A DNA stretch of 64,000 bases. Origin: Candidatus Latescibacterota bacterium (lineage in GTDB: Bacteria > Latescibacterota > UBA2968 > UBA8231). The notes beneath the pieces are model-generated. The model made no database searches, had not been told where the DNA came from, and was given only the letters and a program-made list of their open reading frames with translations. Below, piece by piece: positions 18,510 to 28,824 of this stretch; positions within the stretch are counted from its first letter, which is position 1, and every line of letters begins with the position of its first letter. The stretch is taken from assembly GCA_965223905.1 (NCBI GenBank), contig CBDCXV010000011.1:1536001-1600000 (forward strand), written 5' to 3'. A program made the translations under genes and the position numbers.

Positions 18510-19782
18510 CTACTTGAACAGCTTGCGCCGCTTGATTTCGAGGTTGGCGCGATTAAGAGCCGGATCGAGGGGGGACATTCCCTCCAGCTTGGCTCGCAGA
18601 GCCAAGGCTTCTTCGGATTCCCCCTTTCCTTCCCTGATATGGCACCGGTATTCATCCAAGGCTTCTGTGAAAGCATTCCTGGGAGGACGTTCTCCTACAC
18701 GCATCACCACCGAAAGAACGTCCCCCGCCTCGGCCCCATAGGTCGCCCCCACGCGGTGCCCCGGCGACAATGCGGCCCCCATCCGGGTACAGTTCCACAA
18801 TGCTCTTCGGCTCGACCGTGGTCAGCACCTGAGGACTGTGAGTCGAGACGATAAACTGCGCATTCGGGAACGTCCGCCGCAGGTCGTCGAGGATGCGTTG
18901 CTGCCACCCCGGATGCAGGTGCAGTTCCACCTCGTCGATCAGGACCACGGCCTCTGATGCAAGCGGGTCCTTCAGGTGCGGGTTACCCTGCGCCATCCGT
19001 CGCGCCAAGTCGGCCGCCAGCGCCAGCACGATGCGATAGCCCCCGCTCAGCTGGTCGAGGGAGAGCTTCTCTACCTGTTCTTGCCCTGATTTCCGGGACA
19101 CCACGAAACGGGGCGGATTCAACTCGGTGCGCGGATCGGACACTTCCGGCAGCATGGACGAGATCGCCTGGCGAACTGCGTCCAACTCCTTTAGCTGAAA
19201 ATTGAAGTCGCGCCGCTCCTTCTGTTGCCGCAGTTCCTCGTCTTCCTTGGAATAGAACCAGGTGAAGAGCCCCTCGAAATCCGTGCGAGCGGAAAGCGCC
19301 CCCTCCAGGGCGGCTAACCGGGGTACCCTGTGCTGAGAATTGCTCGGGGACAGTACTGATTGCGGCACACCTGCGACTGTGCGATCGGTACCATAAAAGG
19401 CGAAAATGGGCAAATCATTCTGATCCGCATGGCTGATATCGACTAGCGCCTCCTCCACGGCGCCCTGAAGAGCCAACCTCTCTTTCTCTTCTCGATCCGC
19501 ATCTTTTCTATTTCCCTTCCACTCCGAAACGGTTCCCTCCACTGGGGCAAGCAAGACCCGCGGATCTCCCTTACTCTCGCGCCGATCCTCCTCGCAAAAA
19601 TCAATGCCCGGTTCACAAGGGAACGATCGGAACATGTCCCGCAACCCCACCGCGATCGCACTCAAAACACTCGTCTTGCCGTACCCATTATCGCCGTGAA
19701 GCACGGTCAGCGACGGGTCGAGCTGCAGCTCGAGTTTCTCAAGCGCCCGATAGTTTTCAACCTTCACGGATTTCAATTTCAC
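18510..19782 (-). pseudogene. ptuA: ABC/AAA ATPase (PtuA-like), frameshifted in a G5 run at ~18746-18750 (possible assembly error)
   Basis: GDNGYGKT, LSGGYR, LIDEVELHLHPGWQ, THSP; removing one G restores APRGATYGAEAG...KRRKLFK C-terminus. Confidence 0.8.
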
Positions 19783-20097
19783 AGGCGCACCTCCTTTGTC
19801 TTGAATCTCGCCAGGGACGACCCACTCCCCCTGTCGGCCCGTACCTTATGGAACGATGCCCGTCTTCGAGTACCGGTAAACCTCCAGGACTTCCGCAACG
19901 GACTCGCCCCTTCCATCATTTTTACAGCAGGACCGCAACCCGTGTTCCGGTCATCGAACCCCGGATGCCATGAATTATAAAGGACCATTCAGAGACCTGG
20001 TCAACCAGTCAGGCTATTGTTCATCGAGGTCATGCCATCGACCAGGATACCCAGGAACGCCACACCGGTCAGGGTGCCCGCCAGTAGCCAGCACCTC

Positions 20098-22368
20098 ATG
20101 ATTCCCGCCCTGCTCATAACCGCCCTCCTGCTCGCGATTCCCGCCCACGCCCAGCGGCTCGGCGAGATCCGGGGGGCCGTCCTCGACCGGGCCACACAGC
20201 ATCCGCTGCCCGGGGCCACGGTGGCGGTCCTCGATTCCGAGCGGGGAACGGTGGCCGACGCCGAGGGCCGCTTCGCCCTGCCGCGCATGCCCGCGGGGGT
20301 GCATCGCCTGCGCGTATCGATGATCGGGTACGCCGCCATGGTGCGGACCGACGTGGTCGTGCGCCCGCGCCGGGTCACCGATGTCGAGATCGAGCTCGAC
20401 GCCGAGGTGGTCGACCTGGGGGAGGAGACCGTGGTCGTCGCCGACTACTTCTCCGATGCGGCCGGGGAGGCGGTCGGCGGGGTGAGCTTCAGCTACGAGG
20501 AGGTGCGGCGCTCGCCGGGATCGGCCGGCGACATAAGCCGCCTCCTGCAGGCCATGCCCGCGGTCAACATGAACACCGACGAGCGCAACGATCTCATCGT
20601 GCGCGGCGGCAGCCCCACGGAGAACCTCGTTCTCGTCGACCACGTCGAGATCCCCAACATCAACCACTTCCCTACCCAGGGGGCGTCGGGCGGCCCGATC
20701 GGCCTGCTGAACACCGATCTCATCGAGGACGTCGCCTTCTACGCCGGCGGCTTCTCCGCGGCTTACGGGGAACGCATGTCGTCGGTGACGGTCGTCGACT
20801 TGCGCGAGGGCAGCCGCGAGAAGCTCGAGGGGGAGCTGCAGCTCGGCATGGCGGGAGCCGGCCTGCTTCTCGAAGGCCCCTTGCCGGGAGGCCGCGGGTC
20901 CTGGATCGCCTCGGGGCGGCGCAGCTATCTCGATCTCATCGTCGATGCCATCGGCACCGGAGCCGTGCCGCGCTACAGCGACCTGCAGGGCAAGCTGAGC
21001 TGGGACCTGTCTCCCCGGCACCGGGTCTCCCTGCTCGGCATCGCCGGCTTCGACGCCATCGACTTCGCTCCCGGGGATACCGATGCCGACGAGGATTTCG
21101 TCGTCAACGAGACCGACCAGTACGTCGCCGGGGCCGGCTGGCGCTGGCTGTGGAGCCGCCGCGGCTTTGCCCGCACTTCCCTCGCCTTCACCTACGCCGA
21201 CTTCGGCACCGACGTCCTCGACGGACAGACGCGCGACCTGCTGTTCGCCAACTCCTCGCAGGAGCGCCGGATCGCGCTGCGCAGCGACGTCACCTGGTCG
21301 CCGCATGCGGGGGGAGAGCTGCGCTGCGGGATCACCGGCAGCCGCGAGCTCAGCGATTTCTCCCTCTTTTCGGCGTCGCGGACCAACCGCGTCGGCGAGG
21401 TGGCCGGGGAGCTGCGCGTCGGCGAGGAGGTGAGCTCGAACAAGCTGGGGGCCTACCTCGGGTACGAGCGCCCCGTCGCGAAGGGCGTAACCGCGGAAGC
21501 GGGAGTGCGCTGGTCCTACTTCGACTACACCGGAAAAAGCGGCTTTTCGCCGCGGCTGTCCCTGCGCTGGCAGCTCGGTCCGCTCACCTCGCTGAGCGCC
21601 GCCTGGGGGCTCTACCGCCAGGACCTGCCTTCCTCGCTGCTGGTTCAGCACCCTGACAACCGCGACCTGGAGAACCCCCGCGCCGCCCACTACGTCCTCG
21701 GGCTGCGACGGCGCCTGACCGAGAACACCCTGCTAACCCTCGAGGGGTACCTCAAGCGCTACCGGGATTTGCCTTTCGACCCGGACGATCCCACGGCGTC
21801 GGTGGTCGACGCCTTCGCCGATTTCGGCACCCCGGCTCCCGGACGGCTGGCCGGCGGCGGCGAAGCCGAGTCCCGGGGCCTGGAGTGGATGGTCCAGAAG
21901 AAGCTCGCCCGCCGCCTGTACGGCACCGCGAGCTACGCCTGGGCCCGTTCCCGCTACACCGACCTAAGCGGACGGGAGCGCGACCGCTCCTTCGACAACC
22001 GCCACCTGGTATCCCTCATCGTCGGCTACCGGCAGGGGGAAACCCGGGAGTACAGCCTGCGCTGGCGGTTCGCCGGAGGCCGGCCCTACACCCCCTTCGA
22101 CGAGGAGGCTTCGGCGCGCGAGGGAACCGGAATCGTGCAGCGCGACCGCATCAACGAGCTGCGCCTGCCCCCCTACCACCGCCTCGACCTGCGCCTCGAC
22201 CATCGCCGGCACTTCGGGCGCTTCAACCTGGTGTCGTTCTTCACCCTGCTGAACGCTTACAACCGCGCCAACCTCTTTCACTATTTCTGGGACACCGGGG
22301 ACAACCGGCCCGGCCGCATCAATCAGTGGAGCCGGATCCCGGTCGGCGGCTTCGAGCTCGAGTTCTGA
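20098..22368 (+). CDS. TonB-dependent receptor with carboxypeptidase-like N-terminal domain
   Basis: Signal peptide, GAVLD..PLPGATV, VRGGSPTENLVLVD, GGFSAAYG, C-terminal ELEF. Confidence 0.92.
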   Translation: MIPALLITALLLAIPAHAQRLGEIRGAVLDRATQHPLPGATVAVLDSERGTVADAEGRFALPRMPAGVHRLRVSMIGYAAMVRTDVVVRPRRVTDVEIELDAEVVDLGEETVVVADYFSDAAGEAVGGVSFSYEEVRRSPGSAGDISRLLQAMPAVNMNTDERNDLIVRGGSPTENLVLVDHVEIPNINHFPTQGASGGPIGLLNTDLIEDVAFYAGGFSAAYGERMSSVTVVDLREGSREKLEGELQLGMAGAGLLLEGPLPGGRGSWIASGRRSYLDLIVDAIGTGAVPRYSDLQGKLSWDLSPRHRVSLLGIAGFDAIDFAPGDTDADEDFVVNETDQYVAGAGWRWLWSRRGFARTSLAFTYADFGTDVLDGQTRDLLFANSSQERRIALRSDVTWSPHAGGELRCGITGSRELSDFSLFSASRTNRVGEVAGELRVGEEVSSNKLGAYLGYERPVAKGVTAEAGVRWSYFDYTGKSGFSPRLSLRWQLGPLTSLSAAWGLYRQDLPSSLLVQHPDNRDLENPRAAHYVLGLRRRLTENTLLTLEGYLKRYRDLPFDPDDPTASVVDAFADFGTPAPGRLAGGGEAESRGLEWMVQKKLARRLYGTASYAWARSRYTDLSGRERDRSFDNRHLVSLIVGYRQGETREYSLRWRFAGGRPYTPFDEEASAREGTGIVQRDRINELRLPPYHRLDLRLDHRRHFGRFNLVSFFTLLNAYNRANLFHYFWDTGDNRPGRINQWSRIPVGGFELEF

Positions 22369-22399
22369 GCGCCGTCGAGGTCCCCTGAGGCCCGTACCT

Positions 22400-23569
22400 T
22401 CAGCGCTTCAGGGCCTGCCTGACGGCGAACAGCAGGCAGAGCGGCGCCAGCGCCACCACCCCCATGGCCGGACGCAGGCCCACGGCCTCGGCCACCGCCC
22501 CGATCACCGCGGGCCCGGCGACTCCGCCGACGTGAGCGGCCCCGTTCAGCAGCGCGTACATCGAGGGGGTGGCGCCGGGAAAGCGGTCCCCGGCGCAGGC
22601 GACCGCGGTCGGGTAGCTGACGGTGATGGCGAGCCCGAGCACGGTCAGCCAGAAGACGGTGAAGGAAGTCCCCACCGGCAGGGCGGCGAGCAGGATGCTG
22701 GCGGCGCTGAGCAGGCAGCAGGCGGTCAGCACCGCGGGGACGCCGACCCGCGCCACGAGGCGGGCGCATGCCAGTCTGCCCGCGGCCATGGTCGTTCCCA
22801 GCAGCACCAGGCTGAGCACGCCGAGGGAGTGGCTGCTGCCCGCGGCCTTCTCGATGAAGTAGGGGAACCAGGTCGACGGTCCGATCTCGGTGACCGCGGA
22901 AAACAGGATGGCGACCCCTATCCAGGCGAAAGCCGGCTGCCGGACCAGGGAGCGCAGGTCGAGCCGGCCCGGCGCGTCCGCTTCCGGCCTGGGGAACCGC
23001 ACCACGAGGGCCGCGGCGCCGAAGACCAGCACCATGACGGCGAAGGCCCGGAAGACCCCGCGCCACTCCGACCCGAGCGCGAACAGCCCCAGGACCAGTG
23101 CCGAGATCAGCACCATGCCGACGTAGAAGAAGGCGTGGAAGACATTCATCGCCCCGGTCCGGTTCGCGGGATGCAGCGAACAGAGCAGGGCGTTCAGCGG
23201 GGCCGCGGGCATGCCGCGTCCGAGGCCGGCCAGGAAGATGGCGGCGAACGCCTGCGGCCGGGTCTCCGCGGCCGAGACAAGCAGGTACCCCGCCGCCTGG
23301 ATCAGGGCGGAGGCGGCCAGCATGCGGCGGTACCCGAGCCGCTCGGCGAGCCAGCCGGAGAACAGGGTGACCGTCCCCAGGCCCCAGAAAGGGAGCCCGA
23401 GGAAGAGGCCCATCTGCGTCTCCGAGGTGATGCCGAGCTCCGCGGAGATGGCGCCGAGACAGGCCGCCGGACCGACGACGATGGCGGCGCCGGTCGCCAT
23501 CGTGTACCAGCAGAACAGCTCGATGCCGCGGCGGGACTGTCCGTCGGTGGGCAAGGCGGCTGTCAGCAA
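22400..23569 (-). CDS. MFS transporter
   Basis: ~12 hydrophobic segments, GWLAERLGYRR motif A; start codon uncertain. Confidence 0.88.
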   Translation of the reverse strand: MLTAALPTDGQSRRGIELFCWYTMATGAAIVVGPAACLGAISAELGITSETQMGLFLGLPFWGLGTVTLFSGWLAERLGYRRMLAASALIQAAGYLLVSAAETRPQAFAAIFLAGLGRGMPAAPLNALLCSLHPANRTGAMNVFHAFFYVGMVLISALVLGLFALGSEWRGVFRAFAVMVLVFGAAALVVRFPRPEADAPGRLDLRSLVRQPAFAWIGVAILFSAVTEIGPSTWFPYFIEKAAGSSHSLGVLSLVLLGTTMAAGRLACARLVARVGVPAVLTACCLLSAASILLAALPVGTSFTVFWLTVLGLAITVSYPTAVACAGDRFPGATPSMYALLNGAAHVGGVAGPAVIGAVAEAVGLRPAMGVVALAPLCLLFAVRQALKR

Positions 23570-23843
23570 CCCGGGCCGGGGCGGCGCTGGATCCCCCGAC
23601 GCAGAGGGCTGGTGGGAATTCCGTGTTTCATTCGGTCAGGGACGGTTGCCGCGGCCTCCCGGCAAACTCGAAGGGTTCGCGACCGCCAGGGTCGGCCGCA
23701 GCCCGGATGGACGGTTGCAGCAGGCTGCCAGTACTTTCTCTGCCGCAGGCCCCCGGCAAAAATGTTCCAAGTTATTTCTCTGCCCGCCGCGGCGATGCGC
23801 TGCCGGCGGGACGCGACCACCCTCATCGATTCGGAGTTGCCTC

Positions 23844-25028
23844 GTGAAAGTCGACCGTCAGGAACTGCTCGATTACGGTTTCATCATCCTTCGCAACGTC
23901 GTCCCCGCCGCCGAGCTCGACGGCCTGCGGGAGCAGTTCGAAGCCCTGGTCGAGCGCCAGAAGGCGCTCTGGGCCGCCGAGAACACCGACACCTGGGAGT
24001 CGGGGGCGCAGCCGCGGCTCGGCCACTACGAGCGCCTGATCGACCCGGCGACCGCGGCCACGGTCGAGCTCTGGCAGCGCGAAAACACTCTCGGGGTCGC
24101 CCGCCAGCTCCTGAGCGTGCCGGAGCGGGCGGCGGTCTCCGGCATGATGCTGATGTGCAGCCCCCGGCGGGACCACGGCCCCGCGGCCTGGCACCGCGAC
24201 ATCCACCCCCTCGACATGGCGCCGATGGCGGTGCTGCAGCGGGACCTCATGGAGAACGGCCCCAGGTACCTGCAGTGGAACATCCCGCTCTACGACGACG
24301 TCGTCTTCTGGGCGGTGCCGGGAAGCCACCGGCGCCTCAACACCGCCGAGGAGAACCGCCAGCTCGAGAAGAATCCGCGCGTGCCCCTGCCCGGGGGCGT
24401 GCCGATCGAGCTGGCCGCCGGCGACGGAGTCGTCTACGTCAACTTCCTCCTGCATTGGGGCAGCAACTACAGCACCACCCTGCGCCGCACCGCCCACGGC
24501 GGCCACAGCATCTTCCCCTACTACTCCGACACCGGTTTCATGCAACAGCTCTCCCCGGAAGGCCGCGCCGCCTTCGAGTCCTGGGACCGGTGCAGCGCCA
24601 GGGCCCAGGACCTGACCGAGCAGGCCCTGCGGGCGGTGCTGAACGGCGACGCCGCGTCCTTCCGCGAGGCGGTCGAAGGTCTGCAGCCGGGAGCGGGGGA
24701 AAAGGGGAAGCTGGTGCTGGCCATCTACCTGTCGAAAGCCGCCTACCACGTGCACGTCCACAAGCAGCCTGCGGACTCCGGTCTGCCGAGGTGGGCCGCC
24801 GACGGCGAGCACCCGATCACCATCAACTGGGGCCCGCGGTTCGCCGAGCGCTTCACCGCCCCGGAAGCCGGGGAGATCTGGCGCAGGTTCGGCCCTCTCG
24901 ACCGCGGCCTGCGCGCCGACGAGAAGCAGTTCGCGCCGGGGTACCAGAACCGCGAGCCGATGTACCACTATTTCGAGGACATGCCGCCGTTCAGGGTCGG
25001 CGACTTCGTCGCCAGCTGGGCGGCCTAG
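23844..25028 (+). CDS. PhyH family dioxygenase with C-terminal extension
   Basis: GFIILRNVV, WHRD, VPGSH, LHWGSNY. Confidence 0.85.
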   Translation: MKVDRQELLDYGFIILRNVVPAAELDGLREQFEALVERQKALWAAENTDTWESGAQPRLGHYERLIDPATAATVELWQRENTLGVARQLLSVPERAAVSGMMLMCSPRRDHGPAAWHRDIHPLDMAPMAVLQRDLMENGPRYLQWNIPLYDDVVFWAVPGSHRRLNTAEENRQLEKNPRVPLPGGVPIELAAGDGVVYVNFLLHWGSNYSTTLRRTAHGGHSIFPYYSDTGFMQQLSPEGRAAFESWDRCSARAQDLTEQALRAVLNGDAASFREAVEGLQPGAGEKGKLVLAIYLSKAAYHVHVHKQPADSGLPRWAADGEHPITINWGPRFAERFTAPEAGEIWRRFGPLDRGLRADEKQFAPGYQNREPMYHYFEDMPPFRVGDFVASWAA

Positions 25029-25039
25029 CAGCTCCGCTC

Positions 25040-26482
25040 CTACCTCAGGTCGTAAACCGGCTGGTCGGCGTAGTCGAGGTACTCGCACGTCCAGCGAACG
25101 GCGTAGATGTTGGCCTCGAACATCTCGAACTCGAGACGGCAGGATTTCCCCATGTCGACGAGGTCCTGCGAGGTCTTGTCCTTCCACCGCACCGGCGCGT
25201 GCAGCTCGTCCCCCTGAAGGGGAACACAGTCGTCGAAAGTGAAGCCTTCGAGGGGGTTGAAGTGCAGGTCCGAGGCCTGCACCCTGACGCGGCCATACGG
25301 CGCCTTGAAGTTGATGTTGAGATCTCCCCTGGCCGGTCTCATCCCCTTCATGCCGAATCGACCCGTGCCGATGCTGCGCAGGAAGACGAACCCGTCCTTG
25401 CGCAGGATGTGATGCTGCCACCCACTCGGACCCGGCTCGTAGTCCGCAGGCGGTCGGAGCATGTGCGACGGGGTCCATTTCCGCACCGCGAGGCGCAGCC
25501 GCTCCTCTTCGTCGCAGCCGATGATGAAGTAGTCGAACCAGCCGCCGCCGGGCTCGCCGTGCTCGAACCCCCCGAACAGCGACCGCCGGTGAGTGCGGTT
25601 CCAGAACAGGCCGTTCGTGCTGTATGCCAGCTCGTCGTAGAGATAGCCCGTCCACTTGCCGCCGCCGCAGCGCTCCCCCATGGCGGAGCGGAAGATGTGC
25701 AGGCACCCAACGAAATAGCCGTCGAAATCCTCCGGCGTCCCGCAGCCGTTGGTCACGCCGTACGGCCACACCCGCAACCCGTAGAACTGGGTTCCCGGCG
25801 GGTCGAGGCTGTCGGGCTGCATCATCGTGTACACGTCGGTCCAGTTCTTCAGGTCGGAAGAGCTCGTCACCGCGACCCGGCGGTCGGGGCAGTACGGCCG
25901 GATGACCATGTGCCACTGCTTCGTGATCGGACTGTAGAAGGGCGTCCTCGTGCCGTCGCTGCCCCCGGCACGGGTGAAGTAGGCGTAGTCGGGGTTGTCG
26001 AAGTGATCCCAGTGCACCCCGTCCGCCGACCACCCCATGATCATGTTGTGCCAGGGCTTGATGTCGTGCAGGGAGCGCACGTTGAACCCGGCCTTGTAGC
26101 GGCGCTCCGGAATGTCCCACGGATCGTAGCGCACTTCCTTGGCGCCATGCTCGAATGCCGCGTTCGGATATTCCTCGTAGGGCCTCTTCTCCCTGGGCAG
26201 GTTTGCGCGGCGCCACTCGAAACCGTCGTCGCTCTCGGCGAGGCAGAAGAACTCCTGCGGATTGCGGCCTGGCTCGGAGCGGTCCTCCGGGTCCGGCGGA
26301 CTGGCGTACCACATGCGCCACCTGGTCGGCCATTGATCCCCGGGCATTTCCACGGTTCGCATGTTCTTGCCGAATTCGCCGGTGATCAGCGGCCCTTCCG
26401 GCCGGGGGCTGCCGAAACAGCGCTCCACATCTTGGATGTCGTCGATCATCCAATCGTCGAAGAAGAGGAAGCAACGGATCAT
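25040..26482 (-). CDS. Hypothetical beta-propeller glycoside hydrolase-like protein
   Basis: LFFDDW start, Asp-box-like repeats ESDDGFEW, SADGVHW, SSDLKNW, STNGLFW; LRKDGFV. Confidence 0.65.
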   Translation of the reverse strand: MIRCFLFFDDWMIDDIQDVERCFGSPRPEGPLITGEFGKNMRTVEMPGDQWPTRWRMWYASPPDPEDRSEPGRNPQEFFCLAESDDGFEWRRANLPREKRPYEEYPNAAFEHGAKEVRYDPWDIPERRYKAGFNVRSLHDIKPWHNMIMGWSADGVHWDHFDNPDYAYFTRAGGSDGTRTPFYSPITKQWHMVIRPYCPDRRVAVTSSSDLKNWTDVYTMMQPDSLDPPGTQFYGLRVWPYGVTNGCGTPEDFDGYFVGCLHIFRSAMGERCGGGKWTGYLYDELAYSTNGLFWNRTHRRSLFGGFEHGEPGGGWFDYFIIGCDEEERLRLAVRKWTPSHMLRPPADYEPGPSGWQHHILRKDGFVFLRSIGTGRFGMKGMRPARGDLNINFKAPYGRVRVQASDLHFNPLEGFTFDDCVPLQGDELHAPVRWKDKTSQDLVDMGKSCRLEFEMFEANIYAVRWTCEYLDYADQPVYDLR

Positions 26483-26555
26483 CGGGTCTCCATTCTCTGC
26501 GCAGCGCGGGGGCTCGGCGCCTGAAAGGTCACGCCGGCTGCCCCCCGCGGTCGGT

Positions 26556-28751
26556 TTATTCCAGGCTGGAGCTGGAAAGGAATTGTCCGAGGTAGTCGAT
26601 TGCGAGCCCGGTCGCCGTCCTCTCACTCCCCGTCCATCGCAGGGTGAGCCCCCCATCGAGCCGGCCGAAGATCCGCTCCGCCTCCCAGGTCGAGATCGGC
26701 GTGCGGAAGGCGCCGCATGGATCTATCGCGAGAGCGGATCGCGGAGACCAGGACTTCAGCGCCGCGGGACAGTCGGCCACCGCCGGCAGATTGCGCACCA
26801 GCACCTGGTGATGCCACGTCGCCCGCGGCTCCTCGAGCAGGAGCCGGTAGCTGGCCAGCGGCGCGTGGAGGATCAACCCCTGCACCCGTTCCGACGCGAA
26901 GGGGCTCGCGTAGAGAGCCCAGAGGGCAGCGACGCCCGAACCGGCAAGGACTACGGGAAGCCCGGCGAGCTGGTCGAGCGTCTCCGCAACTTCGAGCACG
27001 CACAGCAGATCGTGGACGCGTTGTCCCAGGAGCGGACGCCCGAGCATGCGCGCCGTCCACGAGTGCTCGCACTCGGTCGCCATCGGCCCCTCGTAAGCCG
27101 GGTCGTTGAAGCCGAGGATCGTCGCGTCGAAGGAGCCGCCCTTCTTCATCGCGGCGAAGTGAGGGGCGGTGGAGGTACCCCACCAGCCGTGGGCCTCGCC
27201 GCGGGTCAGGCCCACGCCGCGGGGATCGAAGGCGAGCACGTGACAGCCGGCTCCTCGCAGTTGCTCGATCATGCCCGCGGGTCCCGACTCCGCCTGCATG
27301 CCGTCTTCGTGACAGTAGAGGACGAGCGCTCCCTTGCTGCCGGCACCGGGTTGACTGAAGCCTGGATCGAAAAGCACGGCCGGTACGGTGATCCCCGGCT
27401 CGGCCTCGACGCGAAGGCAGGTGACTCCCTCCTCTTGCCGCCGCGCTTCGAACCGCGGCGGTGCCGAGAGGGGCGGAAGGGCGAGCGTCCGGCGCAGCTC
27501 ATCGGCGTCGACTCTCTTTTCGCGGAGCGCCTCCATCGAAGGAACCAACTGTTCCGAGGCGACGTACCAGTTCTTGCCGCTGCCCTCTGCGGCAAGCTGT
27601 CCCGAGCGCGTCGCCCACAACGCTTCTTCGGGCTCTGGTTCCGCCGCGGGATCCCGGTCCGGTATCGGCAGCCCGAACCAGCGGCAGAACCAGTCGCTCG
27701 TCGCCCGCCGGATCTCGTCACTCAGGCCGTGCTTCCCGGGGCCCTCGAACAAATCGACCTTCCCGGCGTCGCCAGTCAGGGCGTAGATCCCCTTCAGGGC
27801 CGCCACCGTGTCGCGCGCCCCCTTGAGGGGGAAGTAATCTTCCTTAGCCGCGGCGATGAGAACCGGTTTCGGCGCCAGCATGGCCAGGAAATCGGCATAC
27901 TCGAGACCGAGCTTGAGCAGGTTGTACGGGTACTGCTCGCTGTCGCCCGGATCGCGCGAGAGCAGGCGCTCGCGCACGCTGGTGACGAAGCAGATCGGCA
28001 CCGCGGCGGCGATGCGATCCTCCACGGTCGCCGCGAACGTCGTCTGCGTTCCTCCGCCCGAACACCCGGTGAGCCCGATCCTGGCCTCGTCGACCTCGGG
28101 CCGGGAGGTGAGATAGTCGATGCTGCGCACGCAGTCCCAGGTGTACTGGCCCGACGAGCTCGTCCCCGCCAGTACGGCGGCGCGGTCGAGGACGTCGTGC
28201 TCGGGGTAGGTGAGCGTGCGATTGCGGACCCGGTCCCACATCAGGCGCTCTCCCTGGCCGAACGGATCGAAGCACAACACCACCATGCCGCGGCGAGCCA
28301 TGTCGATGGCCGCCAACTGATATCCGGAATAGGCCTTGGCGATTCCGGAGTGGCCGCAGGCGAGGGCGATCCCCGGCGCCTGTCCGTCGAGGGCTTCGGG
28401 GAGGTAGAGATTGGCGGTTATCCGCAGCCCGGGAACGCTTTCGAAGATGACGTTCTCGACGCGGTAGCCGTCGCGGTCGAAACACTTCGTCGTGCGGGGC
28501 GCCAGGTCGCATTTTTCCGGAAACGGCCCGAACATCTCCCGGAACAGACGGCGCAGGCGTTCCCGCTCCCTTTGCCAGGAGTCGACGGTCAGATTGTCGA
28601 ATAGGTGCCGGCGCTTTTCGAGCGCACCGTCGTAGAGCGACAGGTGAAACTCGAACAGCATTTCCCGCGACAGCCCATCCACGAGCCAGGGATAGGGAGT
28701 CTTCCAGCCGGGATAGTCCGACAGTGCTGTACTGGGCAGATCGGTTTTCAT
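26556..28751 (-). CDS. Acetylxylan esterase-like alpha/beta hydrolase (tandem domains)
   Basis: FESVPGLRITANLYLP, CGH, DPFGQGER, GCSGGG nucleophile elbow. Confidence 0.85.
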   Translation of the reverse strand: MKTDLPSTALSDYPGWKTPYPWLVDGLSREMLFEFHLSLYDGALEKRRHLFDNLTVDSWQRERERLRRLFREMFGPFPEKCDLAPRTTKCFDRDGYRVENVIFESVPGLRITANLYLPEALDGQAPGIALACGHSGIAKAYSGYQLAAIDMARRGMVVLCFDPFGQGERLMWDRVRNRTLTYPEHDVLDRAAVLAGTSSSGQYTWDCVRSIDYLTSRPEVDEARIGLTGCSGGGTQTTFAATVEDRIAAAVPICFVTSVRERLLSRDPGDSEQYPYNLLKLGLEYADFLAMLAPKPVLIAAAKEDYFPLKGARDTVAALKGIYALTGDAGKVDLFEGPGKHGLSDEIRRATSDWFCRWFGLPIPDRDPAAEPEPEEALWATRSGQLAAEGSGKNWYVASEQLVPSMEALREKRVDADELRRTLALPPLSAPPRFEARRQEEGVTCLRVEAEPGITVPAVLFDPGFSQPGAGSKGALVLYCHEDGMQAESGPAGMIEQLRGAGCHVLAFDPRGVGLTRGEAHGWWGTSTAPHFAAMKKGGSFDATILGFNDPAYEGPMATECEHSWTARMLGRPLLGQRVHDLLCVLEVAETLDQLAGLPVVLAGSGVAALWALYASPFASERVQGLILHAPLASYRLLLEEPRATWHHQVLVRNLPAVADCPAALKSWSPRSALAIDPCGAFRTPISTWEAERIFGRLDGGLTLRWTGSERTATGLAIDYLGQFLSSSSLE

Positions 28752-28824
28752 AGGGGCGGTCCTGACGAACTACGGCTTCTTTGGCCGCTGGTGGGTTGCT
28801 TTCGAGTCCATGCTTTCGGTCAGG

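Noticed and set aside
17757-20090. Complete retron (HNH + ATPase effector pair)
   Set aside because: No reverse transcriptase ORF and no recognisable msr/msd inverted repeat in the window
19783-20097. Cobalamin or other riboswitch upstream of the TonB receptor; short ORF 19779-19988
   Set aside because: No B12-box or other recognisable consensus; the ORF has no motif support
22532-26524. 1330-aa plus-strand ORF and many other long Arg/Gly/Pro-rich ORFs (e.g. 23823-26474, 26361-28604, 46546-48492, 4773-6473)
   Set aside because: Shadow or alternate-frame ORFs over genes with clear motifs, expected in GC-rich DNA
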